Source of the DNA: Synechococcus sp.
Lineage (GTDB): Bacteria > Cyanobacteriota > Cyanobacteriia > Thermostichales > PCC-7336
Assembly (NCBI GenBank): GCA_051439605.1
Contig: JBFRWN010000077.1
Location: 8,536-72,535 of the forward strand
Reading direction: 5' to 3'
DNA: 64,000 nt
The notes below the pieces were generated by a model. That model was not told where the DNA came from, did not search any database, and saw nothing but the letters and a program-made list of their open reading frames with translations. The position numbers were made by a program, and so were the translations under genes. This document shows, one piece after another, positions 1 through 10,461 of the stretch (its first letter is position 1; each line of letters opens with the position of its first letter).

Positions 1-9
1 AATCAGCCA

Positions 10-567
10 TTAACTGTGGGAAGACCCTTCTGCAAAAACTTCATCTAAAGGCACTTCCAGAGCATCGATGGTTTTGCTCCAAAAATTCATGAAGCTGATG
101 ACCGCAGTCAGTTCCACAATGTCTGCTTCACCTAGCAAAGATTTAAGACGGTCAAAAAACTCGTCAGTAACGAGCATAGAGGGGACAGTGATACGTTCAG
201 CATATTCAATTGCCAACTGCTCTAGCTCGGAGAAAATGGGATTGTTGCGGGCTTTTGCAACTGCCGCAATCTTGGCGTCGCTGGCACCATGCTTCTTCGC
301 CTGCAGCGTGTGGTAGGGAACGCAGTAGTGGCGGCAACCATTAATCTGGGAAACACGAATGCTGACCAGCTCCTTCAATTCTTCAGAGAGGTTGGGGTTA
401 GGGGCATGAATGGCACCATACAGCGTCATTGCAGCGCGCATCAACTGCGGCTTGTAGGCCATGGTTCGCAGGGGATTAAGCGCTGTCCCGTAATGCTTTT
501 CTAGGGTGTCGTAAACCTTTTGGACTTGCTTGTCAGCATCGGCCGCTTCAACAGGAGGAATCCGCAT
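10..567 (-). CDS. Carboxymuconolactone decarboxylase / AhpD-like alkylhydroperoxidase family protein
   Basis: ELVSIRVSQINGCRHYC..H motif typical of the CMD/AhpD family. Confidence 0.8.
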   Translation of the reverse strand: MRIPPVEAADADKQVQKVYDTLEKHYGTALNPLRTMAYKPQLMRAAMTLYGAIHAPNPNLSEELKELVSIRVSQINGCRHYCVPYHTLQAKKHGASDAKIAAVAKARNNPIFSELEQLAIEYAERITVPSMLVTDEFFDRLKSLLGEADIVELTAVISFMNFWSKTIDALEVPLDEVFAEGSSHS

Positions 568-672
568 GGCAGATTTCTTAATTCTTCAAACTGCTTAAGC
601 ACTTTACCGCGTTTTGGTCAGGGTATGGATCTACTTTTTGCATGACAATTGACGGGGATCCAGCTATCAGAA

Positions 673-1407
673 TTAAATCATTCCGGAGGCTTCCAACCAG
701 GCTCCTAAACCAAATAAGCCATCTACCACCAAAGTAAACAGCACAGCACCGCTAAACGCCCACCAATGCAGCTTTGCATTGCCTTGGCGATCTTCCCCCT
801 GCCAAACACCAAACATACCGACAACGAGCAGTACCAGGGCCAGAATAACCGCACTCACCAAACCCAACTGTGACTGCATTTTTAAAATCGCATCCAGCAT
901 CGCCCCCGTAAGAGCGACATCTGAAACAGTGGGTTGCATAGCGGCTCGCCATTGGGGCAGAAGATTCACAGTGTGAATGTAAAGGTCGGTGATAGCGGTA
1001 CCGAACAGAGAACCCAGTAAGAAGTAGTTGCCGACTCTGGCAAACCCCCGCCACAGCCCCCAAATTGCGATAGGCAAGGCGATCGCCTCGATAGGCATAT
1101 GCCAAAGGGGCTCAGTGCGAAGCCAGCCCCAATACAGAGACCCACACAGCCAGGTCAGGGTGAAGCCGTACAGCAGACTCCCCCAGATGCGGTACGTGCG
1201 TAAAGAGAGCATGTGCAGGCTGAGGCAAAGCCACGGCACAGTCAGCACCAAGCTCACCCAGGGGGCACTACGAACCAACGGGGCTTGAACAAATACGGGT
1301 AACGACACCAACGCCCCAGCTGACAAAAAGACAACGGAGGCAGTGCTCAAGCTGATGGCGCGAGGCCCAGCTGATGGCGATGCGATTGGGGGAAATGAGG
1401 AAGACAA
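673..1407 (-). CDS. DUF3120-family cyanobacterial membrane protein
   Basis: Multiple TM helices; VFVQAPLVR, GSLYWGWLRTEPLWHMPIEAI, GSLFGTAITD motifs. Confidence 0.75.
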   Translation of the reverse strand: MSSSFPPIASPSAGPRAISLSTASVVFLSAGALVSLPVFVQAPLVRSAPWVSLVLTVPWLCLSLHMLSLRTYRIWGSLLYGFTLTWLCGSLYWGWLRTEPLWHMPIEAIALPIAIWGLWRGFARVGNYFLLGSLFGTAITDLYIHTVNLLPQWRAAMQPTVSDVALTGAMLDAILKMQSQLGLVSAVILALVLLVVGMFGVWQGEDRQGNAKLHWWAFSGAVLFTLVVDGLFGLGAWLEASGMI

Positions 1408-1595
1408 GATGCGCAGTGCCGAAACTGAGTTAATTTTACTTAAGTTAACATGAGGTAGCTCGAACGGACGGAGCCTAAATCCTTAGCTTCATCATGCGGG
1501 GGTGGGACGTAGTACTGCCCCTGCTTTGTCGAAGCTGTTCGATCGCCATTGCTTGACCGTTTGCAACAGAACGGACTGTCTTTGATTGTGAGACA

Positions 1596-2513
1596 TTGCT
1601 AGTGACCGCTACTGCTCCCACTTTTGCCCGCGCTAACGCCACCTGGCAATGGCAGGAATACTCATTGCCTTATCGGGTGGATGGCGATCTCGATGCCCCG
1701 CCTGTGGTTTTAGTGCATGGATTTGGGGGATGTATTGGTCATTGGCGCAAGACTGCAGCGGAGCTGTCGCAGTCTTACCGCGTGTATTCCATTGACTTAT
1801 TGGGGTTCGGGGCCGCCCCCAAGCCGCCGATTAACTACACGTTTGAGTTGTGGGGAACACAGCTGGTTGAGTTTTGTCAGCAGGTGGTGGGTCGCCCCGC
1901 CACACTAGTGGGTAACTCGGTAGGTTGCATTGTGGCGCTGCAGGCGGCTGTGTTTGCGCCTGAATGGTGTCAAAGCACCGTCCTGATTAATTGCTCTCTA
2001 CGGCTGCTGCACGAACGCAAGCGCAGCTCTCTATCGCTGGCACAGCGCTTGGGGACACCAGTCATGCAAAGGGTGCTCAGGTTTAAACCTGTGGGTCAGC
2101 TGTTTTTTAAGCAAATTGCTCAGCGGCGATCGCTGCAAAATATTTTGAAGCAGGCCTATCGGCGTCACGAAATGATTACAGATGAGCTACTCAATATTTT
2201 GCTAGAGCCCGCTCGCGATCCCGGTGCTGCAGATGTGTTTATTTCTTTTGTGAATTATTCCTCTGGACCTTTAGCGGAGGATCTCTTGCCTAAAATGCAG
2301 GCTCCCGTGGCAGTGATTTGGGGGGAGAACGACCCGTGGGAACCGCTGGATCTGGCGCGCGAATTTGAAAATTTCGACTGCGTACAGCAATTTGAAACCA
2401 TTCCAAATGCGGGACACTGTCCTATGGATGAAGCGTGGCAAGAAACGAACGCAATCTTGCGGGGATGGCTGCAGCGGATTGAGTCTTCTGCGGTTTCTGC
2501 GCGGCATTCGTGA
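1596..2513 (+). CDS. Alpha/beta fold hydrolase
   Basis: VLVHGFG oxyanion motif, GNSVG nucleophile elbow, GHCPMDE catalytic His; TTG start uncertain. Confidence 0.85.
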   Translation: MLVTATAPTFARANATWQWQEYSLPYRVDGDLDAPPVVLVHGFGGCIGHWRKTAAELSQSYRVYSIDLLGFGAAPKPPINYTFELWGTQLVEFCQQVVGRPATLVGNSVGCIVALQAAVFAPEWCQSTVLINCSLRLLHERKRSSLSLAQRLGTPVMQRVLRFKPVGQLFFKQIAQRRSLQNILKQAYRRHEMITDELLNILLEPARDPGAADVFISFVNYSSGPLAEDLLPKMQAPVAVIWGENDPWEPLDLAREFENFDCVQQFETIPNAGHCPMDEAWQETNAILRGWLQRIESSAVSARHS

Positions 2514-2546
2514 ATGTGTGCTCTTTTTATTTCACTTCCTTTTTGA

Positions 2547-3052
<506 letters not shown>

Positions 3053-3163
3053 AAACACAGTCATTATCAATTAGTTCAAAGTCTCAATAAAAATCAGCCC
3101 GACGTCAAAGCAGGGCCGAGGGATAGCGATACATGGCAGAAGCTGAAGGATGGAGCTAGAGGT

Positions 3164-4006
3164 CTAACGTCGATAATCAGGGTTTCTGGGGCGATCGCCA
3201 TTGCCGTAGTTCCCTTGAGATTCTCGGTAGCCAGAGTTGTCCCCATAACCACCGGAGTTGCGACCGTAGTCGTCATAGTTTTGGGACGAGCCGTAGTTAG
3301 GTGGCACACCGTAGCCAGAGTTGTCGTCATAGCTGATTGCCCGATCGTCATATCCTCGCTGCTGAGGTTCGTTGGGTTTCCGACCGCCAGGGGCTACCGA
3401 TAGGGCGGAAGAGGTTAAGCCCTTCGCGTTGACGTACTCTAAATTGCGCTGACGAATCGTGAAATCGTAATTGCTTTTAGTGCGACCTTCCAGTTCGCGG
3501 ATTTTTAGCCAGGCACTGAGTAGCAACCCTGCTGCCTGCTGCTCGGTATATCCGTTTTGAGAGGCATGGCGGATCGCATATTCGTCAGCAGAGATTTGAG
3601 CTTTCTGCCCTTTCTCGGAGCGACGGAGCAACAAGAATGCTAGCAACGCCAGTCCTCCAGCGAGGCCAATCCCCAAATTGTCAGACATCTGCATCTCGAC
3701 CAGAAAACCAGTGGCACCGGCTCCCAGCAGAGCGGGATAGAGCAGGAGCGCAGCCCAGTTATTCCCCATTGAAATTTCGGTGGCTAGGCTGGCCTCCCGC
3801 AGGAAATACATTTTTTGTTGGTCAGTGGAGAGTTGTTCCCAGCGGTTTAAATCAATGGCAAACCGAGAGCGATCTTGCCAGGGAAACCGCCAAAGGGGCT
3901 GCACCACTTTGCTCTGGTCGTCGGTTCCGATCTCAATCGCAACGTCGCCGCGAATTTCGAACGGCAGATAGTTGATCAGGCGATCGAAATTGGTGGAATC
4001 GTACAT
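3164..4006 (-). CDS. DUF3318-like cyanobacterial membrane protein with G/Y/D/N-rich C-terminal tail
   Basis: IDLNRWEQL..Q, two TM helices, ADEYAI..A...GY motif; ATG 4006 avoids overlap with ttcA. Confidence 0.65.
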   Translation of the reverse strand: MYDSTNFDRLINYLPFEIRGDVAIEIGTDDQSKVVQPLWRFPWQDRSRFAIDLNRWEQLSTDQQKMYFLREASLATEISMGNNWAALLLYPALLGAGATGFLVEMQMSDNLGIGLAGGLALLAFLLLRRSEKGQKAQISADEYAIRHASQNGYTEQQAAGLLLSAWLKIRELEGRTKSNYDFTIRQRNLEYVNAKGLTSSALSVAPGGRKPNEPQQRGYDDRAISYDDNSGYGVPPNYGSSQNYDDYGRNSGGYGDNSGYRESQGNYGNGDRPRNPDYRR

Positions 4007-4133
4007 GCCTAGATAAGCCGTCAAATAGCAATGATGGATAGGATACAGCAGCTCAGTGCGCTGCGATGTCTCTTTAGGATAGCCTTCATCGGCAATAACA
4101 GTTGCTGGACAAGCTTTCGATAAACGCTCGCTC

Positions 4134-5006
4134 TCACGTTTGTTGGCGCAGCCCCACAAAATCAAACAGCTCGCGATCGCCCAACTGAGACAGCGACACA
4201 TTCTGAATACTGCGGAATAAACGCTCAATCCGCCCCGGATCGTCCCGCTCCCAATCCTGCAGCATCTGCTTAATCAGCCCCCGCTGCAAATTCTCCTGCG
4301 ATCCGCACAAGTTACAAGGAATAATCGGAAAATTCCGCGCTCGTGCATACTTTTCGATTTCGCGCTCCGAGCAGTAGGACAGCGGGCGAATAACCACATG
4401 CTTGCCATCGTCGCTCAACAGCTTGGGCGGCATCGCCTTCAACCGCCCACCGTGGAACATGTTGAGGAATAGAGTTTCCACGATGTCATCCCGATGGTGA
4501 CCCAATGCGATCTTGGTAGCCCCCTCCTCGCTAGCTACCCGGTAAAGGATTCCTCGCCGCAACCGGGAACACAGCCCGCACATCGTCTTCCCCTCCGGCA
4601 CCACCCGCACCACCGTGCTATAGGTGTCTTCCTCCACAATCCGATAGGGCACTCCTAGATCGTCTAGATACCGCGGCAAAACCTCTGTCGGAAACCCCGG
4701 CTGTTTTTGATCCAGATTCACCACCAACAGCTCAAAATTGACCGGAGCACGTCTTTGTAGACTTAACAGCAAATCCAGCATGGTGTAGGAATCTTTGCCC
4801 CCAGACAGGCAGACCATCACGCGATCGCCCTCTTCCAACATGCCGTAATCTATGCTGGCCTTGCCCACCAACCCCCGCAGCCGAGCCTGCAGCTTTTTGA
4901 AATTCTTAGAGGATCGTGCGGCGGTGGCCTTCGAACTGCTTGCTTCAGAAGCAGGTTCTAAAACAACTGGCTTAGTTGCAATAGCGTCGGGTGATGTTGC
5001 TGGCAT
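4134..5006 (-). CDS. ttcA: tRNA 2-thiocytidine(32) synthetase TtcA
   Basis: SGGKDS PP-loop, [26 protein letters not shown]. Confidence 0.93.
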   Translation of the reverse strand: MPATSPDAIATKPVVLEPASEASSSKATAARSSKNFKKLQARLRGLVGKASIDYGMLEEGDRVMVCLSGGKDSYTMLDLLLSLQRRAPVNFELLVVNLDQKQPGFPTEVLPRYLDDLGVPYRIVEEDTYSTVVRVVPEGKTMCGLCSRLRRGILYRVASEEGATKIALGHHRDDIVETLFLNMFHGGRLKAMPPKLLSDDGKHVVIRPLSYCSEREIEKYARARNFPIIPCNLCGSQENLQRGLIKQMLQDWERDDPGRIERLFRSIQNVSLSQLGDRELFDFVGLRQQT

Positions 5007-5089
5007 CGGGCAACTCGAAAGTGGTGTTTAAGGCCTCTATTGTAAGTTTGTCTGGCAGGCTGGGAAATGGATGGGATTGAGGTGCAGGG

Positions 5090-5698
5090 ATGACAAGTTT
5101 AAGTGGTCAAGAGCAGGAAGCGATCGCATCAGCAGTGGCCTATCTGCGATCTGAGACGAACAAGAAGCCAGAAGCAGCAGCCGTCGTCTCCGCTCTAGTG
5201 GCTGCCGAAAAATCTGCCAAGCAAGCTCAGTCAGACTATTTCCTCTCAGACCTCACCGGCACCTGGCAGCTGGGCTTCATTACCGGCACTAAAAAAGCGC
5301 GCAAGACAGCGGGAGCCGCATTTGGGATAGGTCGTTTTCTACCCAAATTTCTGGCCGTTACGATCGCTTATTCCCAGGCAGAGGAGGATAGCGATCGCGG
5401 TTCCGTGCGCAACTCCGTCCGCCTAGGCTCTCTAGAATTTGCCCTTTCCGGTCCAATCAGCTTCCACCCCAAAAGCAATATCCTTGCCTTTGACTTCATC
5501 CACATGACTGTATCCATGGCGGATGTGGAACTGTACTCTGGTGACGTTCGCGGTGGAAGCGAGCAAGCCGCAAGTTTTTACGATGCACCTTTAAAAGAGA
5601 AAGCTTTCTTCACCTACTTCGCGATCGCCGATGACTATATTGCCGCCCGTGGCAAAGGAGGAGGGCTGGCCCTCTGGACGAAGACCAGCCCTGATTGA
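5090..5698 (+). CDS. Conserved cyanobacterial hypothetical protein (fibrillin/lipocalin-like)
   Basis: LTGTWQLGF N-terminal motif, ARGKGGGLALW C-terminus. Confidence 0.55.
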   Translation: MTSLSGQEQEAIASAVAYLRSETNKKPEAAAVVSALVAAEKSAKQAQSDYFLSDLTGTWQLGFITGTKKARKTAGAAFGIGRFLPKFLAVTIAYSQAEEDSDRGSVRNSVRLGSLEFALSGPISFHPKSNILAFDFIHMTVSMADVELYSGDVRGGSEQAASFYDAPLKEKAFFTYFAIADDYIAARGKGGGLALWTKTSPD

Positions 5699-5726
5699 AT
5701 GTTCAAGCTCTCGGCCGGCGTAGCCG

Positions 5727-6746
5727 TTAAACCTTAGCCGTCAGGTTCTCCATCAGCCTCGGAATGTTCTCCTCCCACTTTCGAGGCTCGCTAGCGCGGC
5801 GAATATTGCGCCAGATCTGGGTGGCGGCCAAAGTGCCATCAGCCACCGCGATCGTCACTTGGTTTAGCCCTTGCTTTAAATCTCCAAGTGCAAAGATGCG
5901 ATCGTGCGAGGTTTGAGCCATGTTATTGGTGACTAAATTCTCACCGTTCCACTCCAACCCCTCAATCCCCTTGAGGTACTGATTGTGATACACCGACCCC
6001 ATGGCTACTAAGCCAGTGGTGGCCTCAACCACCTGACCGTCTACCAGTTCGACACCGCTCAACTTGTGGTTTTCCCCTAAGAACTTAGCGATCGGGGCTT
6101 CGTACAGCGGATAGCCCCGTTCTGCTAGCTTGCGCTTCATCTCGTCGCTAACTTCAAACAAACCGTGGGTCAACACCGAGATATAAGGGGTAAACCAATC
6201 CAGCACGAACGCGGCATTAATCTGACCTTCCGACCCGGCTATCAGCACAGTCTTTTGGTCCCACATGTCGTAGCCGTCGCAAATCATACACACATGCAGC
6301 GTGTAGCCTGCATAATCATAGACATTTTGCATGTTGTCGAGCTGGGGAAGCTTATCGATCACTCCAGAGGCCGCAATTAAATATTTGCTGCGGAATACAG
6401 GATGAATGCCCTCCTTTTTTCCCACTTTGACTTGCACGGAAAAGGTATCCCCTTCATCCGTGACTGCTTCCACATAGCCGCGCAAGTAATCCGCCCCCCA
6501 CCCAAGCGCCTGCTTAATTCCGTGCTGGATGATGTCACGCCCAGGCGTGTCAGGGTCAAAGCCCAAATAGTTGCGGGTGTCCTGCATCCAAAACGATCGC
6601 CCTCTACCCTTTTCCACAACCAAACACTTGAGACCGTAGCGGGCCAAATAGATTGCAGCAGATAGGCCACCCATACCGCCCCCCACCACAATGGCGTCGT
6701 AGACGGTATCAAGGCGAGTGTCGAGATTTTTGCTAGATAGTTTCAT
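5727..6746 (-). CDS. Thioredoxin reductase-like FAD disulfide oxidoreductase
   Basis: GGGMGG FAD motif, CMICDG redox motif, IFALGD second FAD motif. Confidence 0.85.
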   Translation of the reverse strand: MKLSSKNLDTRLDTVYDAIVVGGGMGGLSAAIYLARYGLKCLVVEKGRGRSFWMQDTRNYLGFDPDTPGRDIIQHGIKQALGWGADYLRGYVEAVTDEGDTFSVQVKVGKKEGIHPVFRSKYLIAASGVIDKLPQLDNMQNVYDYAGYTLHVCMICDGYDMWDQKTVLIAGSEGQINAAFVLDWFTPYISVLTHGLFEVSDEMKRKLAERGYPLYEAPIAKFLGENHKLSGVELVDGQVVEATTGLVAMGSVYHNQYLKGIEGLEWNGENLVTNNMAQTSHDRIFALGDLKQGLNQVTIAVADGTLAATQIWRNIRRASEPRKWEENIPRLMENLTAKV

Positions 6747-6906
6747 AGCAACCCTCTGAGTCGGGCTAGAAGAGAAGTCAAAAAAGCAGACGGCTTAGTG
6801 TTGCGTCCTAAAGCTTTGATTGTAGGCTGTTTGCCTAAGAAGTACATGCGGCAATCGCCCGCAAGGGCCAAGGCGATCCCTGCAGGCGCGAATTCTAGAC
6901 GTTCAT

Positions 6907-7479
6907 TTAGCCAACGAACTCTAGACGGGGCTCGGACACCTTACCCGCTTCGGCTCCCTTTAAGTAAGCCAGCATCGTGTCTGCATCGGAGACTTCAAAG
7001 GGGTCGGTGGGGCAGTTATCGCCAAAATTTGGCTCGGAGAAGAGCTTCTCGATCTTGCCGTCATTCACCAGCATGGAATATCTCCAAGAACGCATGCCGA
7101 AGCCTAGATTAGACTTGTCCACCAACATGCCCATCTTGCGGGTGAATTCACCGTTGCCATCGGGAAGGAGGTAAACGTTCTTGGCACCAATTTTGAGTCC
7201 CCACTGGAACATCACAAAGGCATCGTTAACAGATACACAAATAATTTCGTCAACACCTTGAGCCTTGAACTCATCGTAAAGTTCTTCGTACCGGGGCAGG
7301 TGGTTAGAGGAGCAGGTTGGAGTGAAGGCTCCAGGCAGAGAGAAAACGACAACCTTCTTGCCACCAAAGATCTCTTGAGTGGTTTTGTCCTCCCACCGAT
7401 AGGGGTTAGGCCCCGGCAAAGATTCATCACGGACGCGAGTCTTAAAGACAACGTCAGGTAAGCGTTCAATTACAGCCAT
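6907..7479 (-). CDS. Type II peroxiredoxin (Prx5-like)
   Basis: [11 protein letters not shown] peroxidatic motif, [18 protein letters not shown] 7479. Confidence 0.93.
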   Translation of the reverse strand: MAVIERLPDVVFKTRVRDESLPGPNPYRWEDKTTQEIFGGKKVVVFSLPGAFTPTCSSNHLPRYEELYDEFKAQGVDEIICVSVNDAFVMFQWGLKIGAKNVYLLPDGNGEFTRKMGMLVDKSNLGFGMRSWRYSMLVNDGKIEKLFSEPNFGDNCPTDPFEVSDADTMLAYLKGAEAGKVSEPRLEFVG

Positions 7480-7560
7480 ATCTACCTTTCTGTAAGTAAA
7501 AAAACTTCGTTGAGTGAAACCACTGTTGGCTGCGCTTGTTTCAGCGCGTGCCGCCATAAA

Positions 7561-7643
7561 TCAGAATAATTCTTAGATAAGAAGAATTCAATAGTTATAA
7601 TTACTTACTTATGCTTGCATCATTTAAATAGGACTTATTCTGT
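7561..7643. promoter_or_regulatory. Putative PerR operator pair in the divergent prx/perR promoter
   Basis: TCAGAATAATTCTTA (7561-7575, AGAAT-A-ATTCT dyad) and inverted near-copy TAGGACTTATTCTGT (7629-7643, 12/15 match). Confidence 0.55.
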
Positions 7644-7747
7644 CCAAATGGTAAGATAGTAACCTGATATATCTAAAGCTGAACTCGCTTTGGAGCCATA
7701 CTCCTTAGAGCTCGTTGGGTTGGAGTCGTTCATTAAGGAGCTAACAA

Positions 7748-8164
7748 GTGCAGACGGATCGAATCGTTCAAACCCTAAAATCCAGAGGACTGCGGGTCAC
7801 ACCGCAGCGGTTTGCCGTTTACTCCAATCTGCTTGACCGCACTGACCACCCCACCGCCGAACAAATTCTGGTGGATCTCAATCGTGACGCACCTACTTCT
7901 TCCCAAGCCACCGTCTACAGCTCTCTGCAGGCGCTTCGTAATGTCGGTCTAGTCCGCGAAGTGTTGCTGGAAGAGGGGGTCTGCCGGTACGACGCGAATG
8001 TAGAACACCACCATCATTTCCGCTGCAACAATTGCGGACACATTGAAGATATTGCTTGGCAACAATTACAGGACATGAGTTTTCAAAAGTTGAGATCCGG
8101 TTTGCAAGTCGACGACTATGAAGTAATCGTTCACGGTCTGTGCGAAAACTGCCAGCAAGATTGA
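7748..8164 (+). CDS. perR: Fur-family peroxide stress regulator PerR
   Basis: GLRVTPQR, HPTAE, HHHFRCxxC and CxxC motifs; divergent from the peroxiredoxin. Confidence 0.85.
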   Translation: MQTDRIVQTLKSRGLRVTPQRFAVYSNLLDRTDHPTAEQILVDLNRDAPTSSQATVYSSLQALRNVGLVREVLLEEGVCRYDANVEHHHHFRCNNCGHIEDIAWQQLQDMSFQKLRSGLQVDDYEVIVHGLCENCQQD

Positions 8165-8505
8165 GAGGCGGTCTTCTGCTGCCGAACCTCCTTTGAGGAG
8201 CTAAAAAAGTGTGGCTTACTCGATCAGTCACCAGTATGCAAGCTGTGTACACTCGACATCACGAAATTAAGAAACCTGAATGTAAGTTCTGGACCTCAGC
8301 ACAGTTCAGTGATGGAGTCCCTATTCAGGAGTTATCGTTCAGAACATTTGTGACCCAAAACACGTTCGATTACTTGCGGAAAGGGTGGCCAACAGATCGC
8401 TATTTTCTTGGATGGCTATACCCTTCGCCATCTTTGATCTACGCGATCGCAGACTTTGAGCCTCAGACGACTGATGCCGAGCATTGTGAGGCAGGGTTAC
8501 GGTGA

Positions 8506-9096
8506 CTACGCACAACGACGAAACACTTCCTGCTGAATCGCAGACAAGTTACTGGAAAGATCGGCCTTCAGACGTCGCTGCACAACTTGGATGGGCATTT
8601 TACGGGGGGGAAGAATCGTGATGGCATAGCTCAGCCTCGTGATATCGCCTAAATCTGAGAGCTTCCAGCATCCAAAAAATTCAACAAAGTCCCCCTCCAC
8701 CATCGTGAAATCAATCCGCTCGGTGGGAGCAGTTTCCATCTTCAACGTGACAGCCGCCGAAAATTTGAGAAACGACAACTTCTGCACCCCCACCTGCCGC
8801 AACAGAGTGCAACCATCTTCCTCACCCACCACACAGCTTTCTGCCAAGTTAGGGATAAAGTCAGCCAACCCTTCGTAGTCTGTCAGCACGTCCCACACCG
8901 ACTCGCAAGCATGGGGAATATCGATACAGGCTTCTAGGCAGCGCTTGCGTCCTTCTAGCTTTTGAATCGTGACATCGACTGCGCTCTCTAACGCCGACGG
9001 TTGACTGCCATCAATTCCTAGATTGAGTTCGCTGCCATTCAGTAATGCATCATCGGACAACTCACCCGCGACCGAATCAGATGGAGAGCTAGACAT
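8506..9096 (-). CDS. SRPBCC / polyketide cyclase-dehydrase family protein
   Basis: VWDVLTDYEGLADFIPNL, FTMVEGDF..F.G.W; ATG 9096 avoids overlap with hisC. Confidence 0.8.
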   Translation of the reverse strand: MSSSPSDSVAGELSDDALLNGSELNLGIDGSQPSALESAVDVTIQKLEGRKRCLEACIDIPHACESVWDVLTDYEGLADFIPNLAESCVVGEEDGCTLLRQVGVQKLSFLKFSAAVTLKMETAPTERIDFTMVEGDFVEFFGCWKLSDLGDITRLSYAITILPPRKMPIQVVQRRLKADLSSNLSAIQQEVFRRCA

Positions 9097-9213
9097 ACAT
9101 AATCCGCCGTAAACCGCCAAACAAATCCTTGGAATTACTATAATGCCCTGCGATCGCGCCTCGAAACCACTAGAATAGTAGGCTCCAACGCGAACAGCTG
9201 TAGGAATTGTACT

Positions 9214-10302
9214 GTGGATTCCATTCGTCCTAACCTGTTGAGCTTGCAGCCCTACGAAGCAGAGGTGCTGCCCGACATCGACAAGCTCGATGCTAACGAG
9301 TACCCCCAAGACCTACCTGAGTGGTTTAAGAAAAAACTCTCGCTGGTGTGGGAAAAAGGTATTCATAGCAATCGATATCCCGATGCTAGCCATCGTAGCC
9401 TCAAACGGGCAATCGCCGATTATGTTGGGGTTCACCCTGCCCAAGTCAGTTTGGGTAACGGTTCTGACGAGTTGATCCGCTCAATTTTGATTGCCACCTG
9501 CTTGGAAAATCGTGGTGGCATCTTGGTTTCTCCACCGACGTTCTCAATGTACGGCATCATCGCCCGCACCCTTGGCGTCCCCGTAGTCTCTGTTCCCCGT
9601 GACCCCGTCACCTTCGCTCTGGACTTACCCGCAATCGACGCGGCAATCGCCCAAGCGCAGGCGGAGGGCAATCCCATTCGAGTGGTATTTCTGGTTTCCC
9701 CCAACTCCCCAACCGGCACGATGCTATCTCAAGCCGATTTGAAGTGGGCTGGATCGCTCCCAGAATCCATCATGGTGGTGGTGGACGAAGCTTACTTTGA
9801 GTTCAGTCAAACCAGCGTGGTTGGGGAACTGGCCCAACGACCCAACTGGGTGGTGCTGCGCACCTTCTCCAAAGCTTTTCGACTGGCGGCCCATCGAGTA
9901 GGCTACGCCATCGCCAACGTGACGATTACACGCGTATTTGAAGCCACCCGCCTGCCCTACAACTTACCGGCCATATCTCAGTGGGCGGCCCAGCTGGCGT
10001 TAGAATCAGCCGACGAGCTCCTGGCGGACATCCCCGACATTGTGCGAGAGCGCGATCGCCTCTGGGCAGAGTTGCAACTGATGCCAGGGGTCCAGGTATG
10101 GCCCAGTGGCGGCAACTTCCTCTACATCCGCGTACAAAACTGGGATTTAGGCGATCTCCAGAAGGCACTGATCGTTCAAGGCAGCGGCATCCGCCACACT
10201 GGAGGTGGTTTGCGCTTAACAATCGGTACCCCAGAAGAGAATCAACGCTGCCTTAGCAACCTGCAGCACGTCCTCAAACTGCTACCCCAAACCACGGCAT
10301 AG
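9214..10302 (+). CDS. hisC: Histidinol-phosphate aminotransferase
   Basis: KLDANE, NRYPD, GNGSDELI, SPNSPTG, VDEAY, RTFSKAFRLA. Confidence 0.92.
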   Translation: MDSIRPNLLSLQPYEAEVLPDIDKLDANEYPQDLPEWFKKKLSLVWEKGIHSNRYPDASHRSLKRAIADYVGVHPAQVSLGNGSDELIRSILIATCLENRGGILVSPPTFSMYGIIARTLGVPVVSVPRDPVTFALDLPAIDAAIAQAQAEGNPIRVVFLVSPNSPTGTMLSQADLKWAGSLPESIMVVVDEAYFEFSQTSVVGELAQRPNWVVLRTFSKAFRLAAHRVGYAIANVTITRVFEATRLPYNLPAISQWAAQLALESADELLADIPDIVRERDRLWAELQLMPGVQVWPSGGNFLYIRVQNWDLGDLQKALIVQGSGIRHTGGGLRLTIGTPEENQRCLSNLQHVLKLLPQTTA

Positions 10303-10461
10303 CGAGCCGCTAGTTCGCGCAAAATCGTCTTCCATCAGTGACTGACCTCGGGGTTTTGTCCCGCACTCTACTATCGATCTCCTTTGCTCCACTTGTGAAA
10401 CGATCCCGCTTTCGGTCACTCTGGATCCTGTTGACATTATGCCGGATCGAGCGGAGAGCGC

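Noticed and set aside
4007..4228. N-terminal extension of the 3164..4228 ORF overlapping ttcA
   Set aside because: It overlaps the ttcA 3' end and the recognisable protein begins at ATG 4006.
8209..8505. 98-aa ORF after perR
   Set aside because: No recognisable motif or RBS; probably a chance ORF in the intergenic region.
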